This document shows, piece by piece, positions 29,363 through 38,967 of a stretch of DNA of 64,000 bases. Position 1 is the stretch's first letter. Each line of letters opens with the position of its first letter. A program made the translations under genes and the position numbers. The stretch comes from Nanobdellota archaeon (GTDB lineage Archaea > Nanobdellota > Nanobdellia > Woesearchaeales > JBHPFW01). The DNA is taken from positions 3,456-67,455 of the forward strand of contig JBHPFW010000002.1 of assembly GCA_042571645.1 (NCBI GenBank), given 5' to 3'. The notes beneath the pieces are model-generated. The model saw nothing but the letters and a program-made list of their open reading frames with translations, ran no database searches and had not been told where the DNA came from.

Positions 29363-30643
29363 TTATTCTTTCTTCCCAATAACCTTATTGCCGTTCATAT
29401 AAGGCAATAGAACATCTGGGATATTAATGCTTCCGTCTTCATTCTGGAAGTTCTCTAATATAGCAACTAATGCACGGCCTGTTGCAACACAGGTGCTATT
29501 TAAGGTGTGAACAACTTTGTTGCCTTCTGGTGTTCTGAACCTAGTCTTCAGACGTCTTGCTTGGTAATCTGTACAATTACTACAACTAACAACTTCTCTA
29601 TAAGTTTGTTGTACTGGCATCCATACTTCAATATCATATTTTTTAGCAGCTACTGATCCAATATCTCCTGTGCAGATATTAACAACTCTAAATGGCAGTC
29701 CTAAGCTTTCAAAAAACTCAACAGCATTTTTCAAAAGCTCTTCATGAAATTGCCAGCTTTCTTCTGGTTTGCAAATAATTATCTGTTCAATTTTGTTGAA
29801 TTGATGAACTCTGAATATTCCTTTAGTATCTTTGCCATGACTGCCAGCTTCTTTTCTAAAGCAAGCACTCAAACCAACTTCTTTAACAGGCAAATTATCC
29901 TGTTCAATTATTTCATCCATATACATTGCAGTCAAAGGATGTTCACTAGTTGCAATAAGATATAAATCTTCATCATCAATTTTATACATCACGTCTTCGA
30001 AATCTCCTAAATCAGTAACACCTTCGTAAGCTTTGCGGTTCATCATAAAAGGAGGATACACTAACAAATATCCGCGTTTTGTCATAAAGTCAACAGCATA
30101 CTTTTGCATTGCTAATTCAAGTTCTGCTATTTTTCCTTTTAAGAAATAATGTCTACTGCCTGCAATCTTTGCTGCACGCTCAAAATCTGCCCAGTCATTT
30201 TCTTCTAGAATATCAACATGACTTTTTGGTGTGAATGTAAATGTTGGTTTTTCTCCAACTTCTCTTGCAAGAGTATTGCCTTCTTCATCAGCTCCTTCTG
30301 GAACAGACTCATGGAGAATGTTTGGCAATCTCATCAAGTATTGATCTATTTTTTCTTTAATATTAGTTTGTTCTGTTTCAATTTCTTCAATTTTTTTTGG
30401 AATTTCTGCTGCTTGTTTTAGTTTATCTGCTGCATCTTTGCCTTCTTTTTTTAATGCAGCAATTTCTTTGCTGATGTCATTCCTTTGTTTTCGGATTTGT
30501 TCAGTTTCTGTTTTAAGATCCCGCCATTTTTTATCAAGTTCGATAACTTCGTCTAACCATTTTAATTTCTCTTTATCTTTTCTTTTTTCGAGATCTTTTT
30601 TTACAATTTCTGAGTTTTCTCTTATTAGTCTTATATCAAGCAT
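29363..30643 (-). CDS. serS: Serine--tRNA ligase (canonical type)
   Basis: MLDIRLIR, N-terminal coiled coil, ATSEHP, FRKEAG, GIFRVHQF, SCSNCTDYQARR, HTLNST. Confidence 0.97.
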   Translation of the reverse strand: MLDIRLIRENSEIVKKDLEKRKDKEKLKWLDEVIELDKKWRDLKTETEQIRKQRNDISKEIAALKKEGKDAADKLKQAAEIPKKIEEIETEQTNIKEKIDQYLMRLPNILHESVPEGADEEGNTLAREVGEKPTFTFTPKSHVDILEENDWADFERAAKIAGSRHYFLKGKIAELELAMQKYAVDFMTKRGYLLVYPPFMMNRKAYEGVTDLGDFEDVMYKIDDEDLYLIATSEHPLTAMYMDEIIEQDNLPVKEVGLSACFRKEAGSHGKDTKGIFRVHQFNKIEQIIICKPEESWQFHEELLKNAVEFFESLGLPFRVVNICTGDIGSVAAKKYDIEVWMPVQQTYREVVSCSNCTDYQARRLKTRFRTPEGNKVVHTLNSTCVATGRALVAILENFQNEDGSINIPDVLLPYMNGNKVIGKKE

Positions 30644-30920
30644 TTTAGATAACTGTATTTGCCTCTATTCTTTAAAATTTGCTATTTTGGCTGTTATTTT
30701 AATATTCTGTTTTTAATAGAATTAAGATAATTGATGGGTTTTTTAGTAATATAAACAAAATATTCAGAAAAATCTCTTTTTATTACGAATTTCGTAGGAA
30801 AAGTGCTATTAAAAATAACTATTTCCAAAAGAATAAACAATTCATTTATAAATAAAAAAGCAAACATTTATATACTAGTTTTACCATAACTAAGTAGTAG
30901 TAAAAAATAACAGGTGAAAG

Positions 30921-32240
30921 ATGTTTAGTATTAAGGACTATGTCAATCAAACTAGAGATGCAGGCAGAGCTTTAGCTAGATATGTTTCTCCAGAAATTCT
31001 AAAAGAAGAAGGCAGAGAGTTATTGCGTAATGCAAAAGGTAAAGTTAGAAGAGTCCTAAATCCTGATGAAAATTATAGATTAGAAGATGTTGTTTCTGAT
31101 GGTTCTGGAGCACAAGAAGTCCTTGCATTAGCAGGATTTTGTTCAGATGGAAATTTCTTTGAAAGTGGTCCAAAACAAGCATTAGAAGAAGAAGGCTACA
31201 AGGTATTCAACCCAGACCCGCCAACAAGAGAAAAAATAATGACTTACTATAATCAAGCAAAAGAAGCAGTACTGAGAATGAATAATCCTATTGTTATTGG
31301 CCACAGTTTAGGCGGATTGATAACGCATATGCTTTCAATGGATCCTGAAGTAGGACCATATATGAAAAAAGCTATTAGAGTTGGTTCACCAACAGAAAAT
31401 GGAGTAGTGCTTGCAGATATTGCAAAATATCTTACTGATAAATTTAATTTTGCCAAAAGAATAAGAGAACGTCACTTTAAGAATGCAAAAGATTTTGTAA
31501 CAACCAGTGATGTAATTAATTCAATCTCAAAAGGAGTTCCATATTGTCATTCATATCATTTAATTGGCGAAGCTGACTGGATAGTGCCAAAAAGTGCTTC
31601 AACAGGAAACAAACATATTACTTATAAAACAATTCCGAGAGCTACTCATCTTACTATTCTAACTAAAGATGAAACAATACAGGCAATCTCAGATATCTGC
31701 AATGATGGTTCAGATAGTGTGGTAAAAAATTATAGTAAACATGCTATTGAACAAACTAGCCTTACAATTTATTCTCCTGAAACAGGCAAACAAAGAATTA
31801 GTTATTCATTGCGCGCACTTTCTGATGATAGAGGATATGCTTTGATTAGAACTGTTGACAAAAAGTCAGCTATTATTGATATTTGCCTCGATAAAAATGA
31901 AGCAATAAGAAATTTTAAATCTTCTGTAAGAGGGAAAATTGCAAGTTTTTATCATGATAAGAAAAAAGCAGAAGAAATTACAAGGAAATTTGACCCTGCA
32001 AATAACGAATATACTATTGTTATCAATCCAAATGGTGTTGATTTCCCTGATGCAACACAAATCTTAATAGGAGATAGAATGGATCCTTATCATGTGGTGC
32101 TTGTTAATGGTGACTTAAGTAAAGCAAGTAAATTCACAACAGATATCCCTGTTTCGCCAAACAATTTTGTTGATTTGGCTTTGAGAAATACAAGATATAA
32201 TTCTTTAGTGAGAGAACTCCAACTTGAAATGAAAAACTAA
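30921..32240 (+). CDS. Alpha/beta hydrolase (lipase/esterase-like) with a C-terminal extension
   Basis: GHSLGG nucleophile elbow, GSP, late His. Confidence 0.75.
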   Translation: MFSIKDYVNQTRDAGRALARYVSPEILKEEGRELLRNAKGKVRRVLNPDENYRLEDVVSDGSGAQEVLALAGFCSDGNFFESGPKQALEEEGYKVFNPDPPTREKIMTYYNQAKEAVLRMNNPIVIGHSLGGLITHMLSMDPEVGPYMKKAIRVGSPTENGVVLADIAKYLTDKFNFAKRIRERHFKNAKDFVTTSDVINSISKGVPYCHSYHLIGEADWIVPKSASTGNKHITYKTIPRATHLTILTKDETIQAISDICNDGSDSVVKNYSKHAIEQTSLTIYSPETGKQRISYSLRALSDDRGYALIRTVDKKSAIIDICLDKNEAIRNFKSSVRGKIASFYHDKKKAEEITRKFDPANNEYTIVINPNGVDFPDATQILIGDRMDPYHVVLVNGDLSKASKFTTDIPVSPNNFVDLALRNTRYNSLVRELQLEMKN

Positions 32241-34069
32241 CCAAACACTCTTATAGACCTGCCTTCATTAATTGCTTTAAGCAAGTTTCTTGCAATCTTT
32301 TGGTCTTTCTTTATCTTTACTATGCCTTTTTTGCTTACTCTGCCGGTCAATAGATAATTATCTTCAATGTGAATATCTACATCTTTATTTGCAAAATCAG
32401 GAGTTAATAGAAATTTTACTGATTTTTTATCCACAACAACATCATAATCAAACATTTCTGTTTTGGGAGAGCTTTCTTCAGAGATAATTTCCTGCGATCC
32501 TAACTCTCTTATATCAAGAGATAATCCCAGCTTTTTTTCCAAAGCCTCGATGTTTTTGCCCTGCTTGCCGATTATTTTAGCAATATCCTTTTCATTTACA
32601 TATACTATGCACTTATTGTCAGAAACAAACTCTGCCTGAACATTATCAGAATATTTTCTGAATTCTTTTTCAATTGGAGCTATTGCAAGGGATTGCAAAG
32701 GACTTGATTTATGAGCTTTTACTGGAATAACAACTGTTTCTTCACCATAACTGTACATTTCAAACTCAAGTTTGCCAGTTTCAAAATCTGTTACAGTAAC
32801 TACTGGTCTTGCAAGATCTGCTTCAATCATTCCCGATGGAACTTTAACATCCATTTTAACTCCGAATACTTTTTCTGGCTGGCCATTCTTAATGAAAACA
32901 ACTGTATCAATTACTTGAGGGATAACTCCTAATTCTATTCTTCCAATAAATCGTTGGATAGCATCTATTGGATTAGTGGCATGTACTATTCCCACCATAC
33001 CTACTCCACTTAGTCTTAAGTCTGCAAATAATTTGAAATCTTCAGTATTTCTCATTTCATCAAAGATTGTATAATCTGGCCTGCTTAGTAATAGAATGTC
33101 ATGTATTTCTTGACTAGAACCATGACTAATAGAATATTGTGTTACTGTGTCTGGTAAATCTAAATCTCTAGGAGCTTCAACAGTTTTCACAACTTTGCCC
33201 GTATTTGCGTAGAATTTTGCAAGTGCTGTTGCAAACGTGCTTTTACCATGACCTGGTGCTCCTGCTATTAATATTCCTTCTGCTTGTTCTGAAATCCTTT
33301 GTTTTAATTTATCACTTATGTTATATTCATCTAACTCAAGTCTTTTTACAGGCCTCACTGCAGTAATTTCCCAACCGTCTGCAAAAGGGGGCTTAGTGAT
33401 TACAATTCTAAAATCAGATAACTGCACTATTGTGCTTCCCGGTCTTTCAATCTCAATAAAACCATCTTTTCTTATTTTGCATTCTTCTGTGATTTCTCTT
33501 GCAATATCTATTATTCCATCTCTTGTTAGTTTATTTGTGCCTATTTGTTCAAATTTCCATTCTCCAGGAATTCCTTTTTTTCCAAATGCATTAAGATTTT
33601 CTCTTAAATGCACAGACATTGTTGTTGGATCAAAGAATTTCGAAAGCTTTAGATCTTTTTTTTCTGCAAAAATCTGTTCGAGTATAACTTTCATGCCCTT
33701 TGCTTCTGCTAGTTTTGCTTGGATCTTGTCTGCAGTGATTAAAGTTGCATCTTCTGCATATGCCAGCTCTCTTATCAAACTGTCAATTTCTCCTAAACTT
33801 GCAAACTTAATTTCTGATGCGTGTGGTTTTTTACCAGAAAAATGAATCTCAAAATTGTGTTTTGTTGAGAGGTCTCTAAGTCTTTTTACTTCTTCTATTC
33901 CCAAGTATCCGATTTCCTTGTTTTCATTAGCCTGATGCTCTAGTTCAGATAGTATTGCTTCATGGATTAGGAGCTGGTTAAACTTGATTTGCTTATTTTC
34001 CAGTTTTTGGGATATTATTCCTTCTATTACCACAGATGTGTCAGGACAGAGTTTTTCTATTGTTTCCAT
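32237..34069 (-). CDS. PIN-domain/ATPase/KH protein (PINA family)
   Basis: N-terminal PIN (PDTSVVIEG), GAPGHGKS, RPDYTIFDEMR, GIVHA, KH motif IIGKQG. Confidence 0.93.
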   Translation of the reverse strand: METIEKLCPDTSVVIEGIISQKLENKQIKFNQLLIHEAILSELEHQANENKEIGYLGIEEVKRLRDLSTKHNFEIHFSGKKPHASEIKFASLGEIDSLIRELAYAEDATLITADKIQAKLAEAKGMKVILEQIFAEKKDLKLSKFFDPTTMSVHLRENLNAFGKKGIPGEWKFEQIGTNKLTRDGIIDIAREITEECKIRKDGFIEIERPGSTIVQLSDFRIVITKPPFADGWEITAVRPVKRLELDEYNISDKLKQRISEQAEGILIAGAPGHGKSTFATALAKFYANTGKVVKTVEAPRDLDLPDTVTQYSISHGSSQEIHDILLLSRPDYTIFDEMRNTEDFKLFADLRLSGVGMVGIVHATNPIDAIQRFIGRIELGVIPQVIDTVVFIKNGQPEKVFGVKMDVKVPSGMIEADLARPVVTVTDFETGKLEFEMYSYGEETVVIPVKAHKSSPLQSLAIAPIEKEFRKYSDNVQAEFVSDNKCIVYVNEKDIAKIIGKQGKNIEALEKKLGLSLDIRELGSQEIISEESSPKTEMFDYDVVVDKKSVKFLLTPDFANKDVDIHIEDNYLLTGRVSKKGIVKIKKDQKIARNLLKAINEGRSIRVFG

Positions 34070-34115
34070 AGAATCTTAGAAATCTAGGATGTATTTAAAG
34101 TTTTAGTATGGGAAT

Positions 34116-34222
34116 GAGTTCGCCAGCGCCTAGAGTGCTAAGGTATTTTCCATTGTTTTGCATCACCCATCATGATTGCGAGATGCAACAAAATCCTGCT
34201 TGGCACTCGCCCTGGCGAACTT
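34116..34222 (+). repeat. Family A structured element, copy 3
   Basis: Terminal stem GAGTTCGCCAG/CTGGCGAACTT; conserved core. Confidence 0.93.
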
Positions 34223-34264
34223 AGTATGGTAATATTTTTAAATCAGCAATAACATAATGATATT

Positions 34265-34510
34265 ATGCCTGAACTAAACCCCCAAAATGTTGTTCATCCG
34301 GTTCATACTCATCCATATAGGAATATGCTTCTCATGGGATTGATAAGTCTGATAATATTTGGTGTTTTATTGCTTGGGTTCTTTTCATATATGTTTATCA
34401 GAGTTGGATTCCCTCCAAAAACAGTTTTGTATGGTCTTGCACCAACAGTTCTTATGCTAATAGGGATTTTTGTAATGATTAAGATAGAACGGAAAAGAGA
34501 AAAGAAGTAA
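34265..34510 (+). CDS. Small two-helix membrane protein
   Basis: Two hydrophobic segments, basic C-terminus. Confidence 0.65.
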   Translation: MPELNPQNVVHPVHTHPYRNMLLMGLISLIIFGVLLLGFFSYMFIRVGFPPKTVLYGLAPTVLMLIGIFVMIKIERKREKK

Positions 34511-34528
34511 TTAGAATATTAATTATCT

Positions 34529-35428
34529 CTAGAATTCTCTCATTGCTTTAAACTCATGGAATCTTTTTTCTATTTTTTCAGAATCAACTTTCTTTAAATT
34601 GTCTAGACTAAAATCCTCTGCATTAAAACTTGCAATAACACTTCCATAAACAACAGCTTTTCTCAAATTCTTTTCAGAATGATCGCCTGTTTTTGCAAGA
34701 TAACCAATCAAGCCGCCACCAAAACTATCTCCGCAACCAGTTGGGTCTTTAATATCCTCAAGCGGATAGCCGCCTGCTGAAAAATGCTTGTCATCACAAA
34801 ACAATAAAGCTCCGTGCTCGCCTTTTTTTATTATAACTGCTTTTGGTCCGAGTTTCAAAGCAGCATTTGCTGCCTTTACTAAGTTGGTTGTTTCAAAAAG
34901 CTGTCGTGCTTCACCATCATTTATCAGGAGGATGTCAGTTTTCTTTATAACTTCAATTAATTTGTCTTTTTTATTGTCAATCCAGAAATTCATAGTGTCC
35001 ATAACAATTAGCTGGGGATTCTTAAATTGTTCAAGTGCTTTTAATTGAAGTTCGGGATCAATATTAGCCAAAAAAACATATTCTGCATTTTCAAATTCTT
35101 GAGGAATTTCTGCATCAAAACTTGCTAAAGAATTCAGCTCTGTTCTCATAGTTTTAGCTTCATTCATGTCATACTCATAATAACCTTCCCACCTGAATGT
35201 TTTTCCCTGCTTTTTCACACCTTTAATGTCAATTCCTTTTTTTATTAGAAGATCTGTATGATCTTTAGGCAAGTCTTCTCCAGCTGCTGCAACCATCCCT
35301 GGCTGAGTAAAGAAACTTGCTGCATATGCAGCATATGTTGCACTGCCACCTAGAATTTCCTCTTTCTTTCCAAATGGTGTTTCTATAGTATCTAAGCCTA
35401 TTGTTCCTATGATGATTGTTTTTGCCAT
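34529..35428 (-). CDS. PfkB/ribokinase-family kinase; likely start MAKTII at 35428
   Basis: GGSATY, INDGEA, KKGEHG, DPTGCGDSF. Confidence 0.92.
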   Translation of the reverse strand: MAKTIIIGTIGLDTIETPFGKKEEILGGSATYAAYAASFFTQPGMVAAAGEDLPKDHTDLLIKKGIDIKGVKKQGKTFRWEGYYEYDMNEAKTMRTELNSLASFDAEIPQEFENAEYVFLANIDPELQLKALEQFKNPQLIVMDTMNFWIDNKKDKLIEVIKKTDILLINDGEARQLFETTNLVKAANAALKLGPKAVIIKKGEHGALLFCDDKHFSAGGYPLEDIKDPTGCGDSFGGGLIGYLAKTGDHSEKNLRKAVVYGSVIASFNAEDFSLDNLKKVDSEKIEKRFHEFKAMREF

Positions 35429-35504
35429 ATAAGCTGTTTTTTCCTTTATTTTTATAAAGTTTATTACCCTAAAAAATATAAAGGGTGCTGAGTAATGATC
35501 TTCT

Positions 35505-36116
35505 ATGCGTAGACACAAAACCTACTCATTTTGGGGTTTTCACACATCAACCAAAGAATGGGGAGACATAGCTAAAGGCTGGGGTGCTATATCTTTAGCA
35601 GTTGCAATAGCTATTGGAGGGTTTAAGTTTAGCTTTGCATTTATTATAACAATCCTGATTTCTGCTTTTACTGTGGGCATAGGATTTCTAATACATGAAT
35701 TAGCTCATAAAATTGTTGCTCAGAAATACAGGTGCTGGGCAGAATTTAGGAGTTTTGATTTTATGCTGTTAATTGCTATACTTCTTTCTTTTTCTGGGTT
35801 TATTTTCGCAGCTCCAGGAGCAGTGATGATTTCAGGCAAAATATCAAAATCACAGAATGGCAAGATTTCTGCTGCGGGTCCTTTGGCTAATTTTGGTGTT
35901 TCAGGATTGTTTTTGTTGCTCTATCTTTTGTTTGGGCCGACAGTAAAGATGATTGCATACTTTGGAGCATATATCAATGCATTATTGGGATTGTTTAATC
36001 TGATTCCATTTGGTTTTTTTGACGGCAGAAAGATAATGAATTGGAACAAAGTTTTTTATGGAATTATAGTTGGGACTGGAATCATATTGATGATTGGAGT
36101 TCAGATGCTGTTTTAG
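35505..36116 (+). CDS. M50 family membrane metalloprotease (short form)
   Basis: HELAH, AAGP, NLIPFGFFDG. Confidence 0.88.
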   Translation: MRRHKTYSFWGFHTSTKEWGDIAKGWGAISLAVAIAIGGFKFSFAFIITILISAFTVGIGFLIHELAHKIVAQKYRCWAEFRSFDFMLLIAILLSFSGFIFAAPGAVMISGKISKSQNGKISAAGPLANFGVSGLFLLLYLLFGPTVKMIAYFGAYINALLGLFNLIPFGFFDGRKIMNWNKVFYGIIVGTGIILMIGVQMLF

Positions 36117-36120
36117 AAAA

Positions 36121-36140
36121 TTCCCACTGGACATTTGTGG
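36121..36140 (+). promoter_or_regulatory. GGACATTT/TCCA(C/G)TGG motif upstream of a TATA box, copy 3
   Basis: TTCCCACTGGACATTTGTGG, about 12 nt before TTTTTAAG. Confidence 0.55.
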
Positions 36141-36296
36141 AGAGAACTTTTTTAAGAAAACTAATTCTACCATTATTTAGAGTGGTTATTGAATAAACTA
36201 GAGTGTTTTGTGAAAAAACCAAAAGATTTATATAATTGACTATCAACCAATAAGCCTAAATAAGCTTTTTTGGTTGTCAGTCAACAATTGATTAAA

Positions 36297-36659
36297 ATGA
36301 ACCAAAAAGCTTACGAAACAGGATTTAAGGACTATATCGAAGGAGGTATGAGAGAAGAGTCTGTCAAAAGTTACAGATGTGCAGTTAATCTTTATTACAA
36401 GGCATTATGTCAATTAATAGACTACTTATTATTTAAAGAAAATATCGAAATTAACAAGCTTAAAGACCGATTAAATAAAATAGAAATATTAAATTCCGAT
36501 ATCCACAACATATTCACAATAAGTCATAGCATATATAGATCTGCTTACAAAACAAATAGAGATAAGAAAGACTGTCAAGAAATAAAAAATGGCATCAGAA
36601 AAATTATTTTCCTTAAAAACATTGAAGATAGATTTAAAGAAATTGCTAAAAAGATATAA
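36297..36659 (+). CDS. HEPN-like helical protein, putative partner of the downstream MNT
   Basis: AVNLYYKAL helix pattern, overlap with a nucleotidyltransferase gene; no RX4-6H motif seen. Confidence 0.5.
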   Translation: MNQKAYETGFKDYIEGGMREESVKSYRCAVNLYYKALCQLIDYLLFKENIEINKLKDRLNKIEILNSDIHNIFTISHSIYRSAYKTNRDKKDCQEIKNGIRKIIFLKNIEDRFKEIAKKI

Positions 36660-37137
36660 TCAAATTGAGGATTTTTACATATTTGGATCTTCTGTTAAAG
36701 GCGCAATAAAACCTTCTGATGTTGATGTAGCACTTATTTCTTATAAAAAAGATTTTAATCTGTTATCTGATGTTTTAAAAGAATTAAAAAGTTATGACAA
36801 ATTACATGTCGAAATGTTTCAATTCAAAGAGATATTCTCTGAGCCAATTTGGAAATCATTGCTGTCAGAAGGATTTTCTATTAAAAAAAATAAGTATTTC
36901 AGAGATTTGATGGGAATAAAATCAGGAGTATTATACAAATATGACCTTAAAAAAATGACCAGATCAGAAAAAACAATGTTTAATAGAGCATTTAAACAAG
37001 AAGTAAAAAGTACTGGCGGTAATTCTGTTTCTCCTGGATCTGTTATCATACCGATAGAACAAGAAAAAGAATTTGATGCATTTCTCAGTTGTTGGAATAA
37101 AGCCAAAAAGAATAAAATGAGAATTTTAATATTATAA
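36589..37137 (+). CDS. Minimal nucleotidyltransferase (MNT) with a C-terminal extension
   Basis: IFGSSVKG...SDVDVA signature. Confidence 0.82.
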   Translation: MASEKLFSLKTLKIDLKKLLKRYNQIEDFYIFGSSVKGAIKPSDVDVALISYKKDFNLLSDVLKELKSYDKLHVEMFQFKEIFSEPIWKSLLSEGFSIKKNKYFRDLMGIKSGVLYKYDLKKMTRSEKTMFNRAFKQEVKSTGGNSVSPGSVIIPIEQEKEFDAFLSCWNKAKKNKMRILIL

Positions 37138-37142
37138 AAGAA

Positions 37143-38213
37143 TCACTTCAACTCTTCAACACATTTACCGATTAATTTCAAACCTTCTTCGATCTTCTCA
37201 ACATCAAGAGCATAACTTAATCTAATTCTGTCAGGTGCGCCAAACCATTCTCCCAAATAGGTAATAACATTGTACTTGTTAAATAAATTCCACACTAATT
37301 TTTTTGGTTCAATATTATGAGGTGGTTTAGGCAGTACATAGAACGCTCCTTCTGGTTTCCAAAGATCAAAACCAAGATCAACTAATCCATTATAGATTAT
37401 TTCTCTTCTTTCACGCCATATATTTAATTGGTTATCAATAAAAGAACTTGGCAATTTTAAACTTTCAATAGCCATTTGCTGAGCTAAAAGATTTGTGTTC
37501 ATAGAAGTGTGGGTTTTGATTTCTATCATTCTCTTAATCATAGGAATTTCTGTAAACATATACCCTACTCTAACACCGCACAGAGAAAATGTTTTTGAGA
37601 AACTATTAACTACAACAACATGCTCATCTTTTGGTGTGTAATGTTCTCCATCGTATAACAATGCTGAGTAAACTTCGTCAAACAAAAGGACTGTTCCAGA
37701 ATCTTTTGTTATCTTTTCAATCTCTTTAAGCACTTTAGTTGATTGCACACTGCCTGTAGGATTTGCTGGAGAATTTACCAAAGCTAATTTTGCTCCTTCA
37801 ACTTTTTCCTGGAAATCATCAAGATCAATCTTACCATCCTTTAGGTCTGTATAAACTGGTTTAGCATGAATAAAATCACACATAGGTGGGTAAGAATAAT
37901 AATAAGGCCTAGTTAATAGAATTTTTTCTCCAGGTTTAACCACAGATCTCATAACCATATCAAGAGCTTCAGAAGCACCATTAGTAACAACAACATTATC
38001 TGGGCTGACATTATGCTTTTTTCCTAAAGCTTCTCTTAGCGGTGCTTCGCCCTGGATTAATCCATACTTAAAAGACTTGAAATTCTTAATTACTTCATAT
38101 ACTTCTTTTGGTGGAGCCAAATCAGGTTGACCAGAACCAAAGCTTATACCCCCTTCTATCCCGATGAACATTGAAGGTGACATTTCAGGTATTTTTTCTG
38201 CCATATTAATCAC
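37143..38213 (-). CDS. Class I/II PLP aminotransferase
   Basis: GQPD, TNGASEA, NSPANPTG, DEVY, SFSKTF, RVG. Confidence 0.93.
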   Translation of the reverse strand: MINMAEKIPEMSPSMFIGIEGGISFGSGQPDLAPPKEVYEVIKNFKSFKYGLIQGEAPLREALGKKHNVSPDNVVVTNGASEALDMVMRSVVKPGEKILLTRPYYYSYPPMCDFIHAKPVYTDLKDGKIDLDDFQEKVEGAKLALVNSPANPTGSVQSTKVLKEIEKITKDSGTVLLFDEVYSALLYDGEHYTPKDEHVVVVNSFSKTFSLCGVRVGYMFTEIPMIKRMIEIKTHTSMNTNLLAQQMAIESLKLPSSFIDNQLNIWRERREIIYNGLVDLGFDLWKPEGAFYVLPKPPHNIEPKKLVWNLFNKYNVITYLGEWFGAPDRIRLSYALDVEKIEEGLKLIGKCVEELK

Positions 38214-38268
38214 TTAAATTGAGATTTAAATTATGGTAAATCAACAATTTAATAAAAATGTATCTTTT

Positions 38269-38967
38269 TTAGCTTACTTCAATTTTTACTGCGCCAATTG
38301 GAGCTCGGTCTTCTATTGCATATATCGCCACAAAATCATATTCACTAAGGTCTGTGGTATCTTTAATATAATACATTTGAGCACCTGACCCTGTTTCTAA
38401 TAATCCCAAATTGCTAAACCCTGTCTCTATTGGCTTATCATCTGGAACCTCTTCTTTTTTGACTAAATAAACCTGTGTTCCCCTGGTTCTTTCAGTTTGG
38501 AAATCATCACCAAACGCAACAATATATGCATTTGTAATTGTTTTTATCACTCTCAAAGAGCCTGAAGTTCTTTTGCCAGATCTTCCGCTGAATTTCCCCT
38601 CAGACACGACCTTGCCTCTTATATTGATTGTTTTCTCATTTGCATTTTTTACTTTTATTGTGCCAGAGGTTTCAGTAGAAGGCCATGGCACAATATTTGA
38701 TTGTTGTGGAGTAGCTGAATCTGTTGAACTGTCTGTTTCTTTTGAGGAATCTGATTTTTCATCTGCTTCAGGAGATGTTTCTTGAGAGCTGTCTGAATCA
38801 GATGAGCCTTCTGCAGCTGCATTACCTGAATCATTACCAGTTCTAACAATAGCAAATACTGCTAAAAATAATACTATTATTCCGAAAACTATAACTAATG
38901 CCACTACTCTTCCAATTTCTGTGTTTTTTTTCATACTTGGATTGTTTTTCTTAATCATTGCCATCAC
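38269..38967 (-). CDS. Membrane-anchored protein with a DM13-like C-terminal domain
   Basis: N-terminal TM, Ser/Asp/Thr linker, then G-F...TSG...VYLV...LG.L...G.Q.Y.I...DLSEY..V.I pattern. Confidence 0.6.
   Translation of the reverse strand: MMAMIKKNNPSMKKNTEIGRVVALVIVFGIIVLFLAVFAIVRTGNDSGNAAAEGSSDSDSSQETSPEADEKSDSSKETDSSTDSATPQQSNIVPWPSTETSGTIKVKNANEKTINIRGKVVSEGKFSGRSGKRTSGSLRVIKTITNAYIVAFGDDFQTERTRGTQVYLVKKEEVPDDKPIETGFSNLGLLETGSGAQMYYIKDTTDLSEYDFVAIYAIEDRAPIGAVKIEVS

Noticed and set aside
27667-30921. Replication origin next to cdc6
   Set aside because: No clustered ORB repeats in the intergenic regions around cdc6; the ORB-like cores found are single, distant and tied to promoters.
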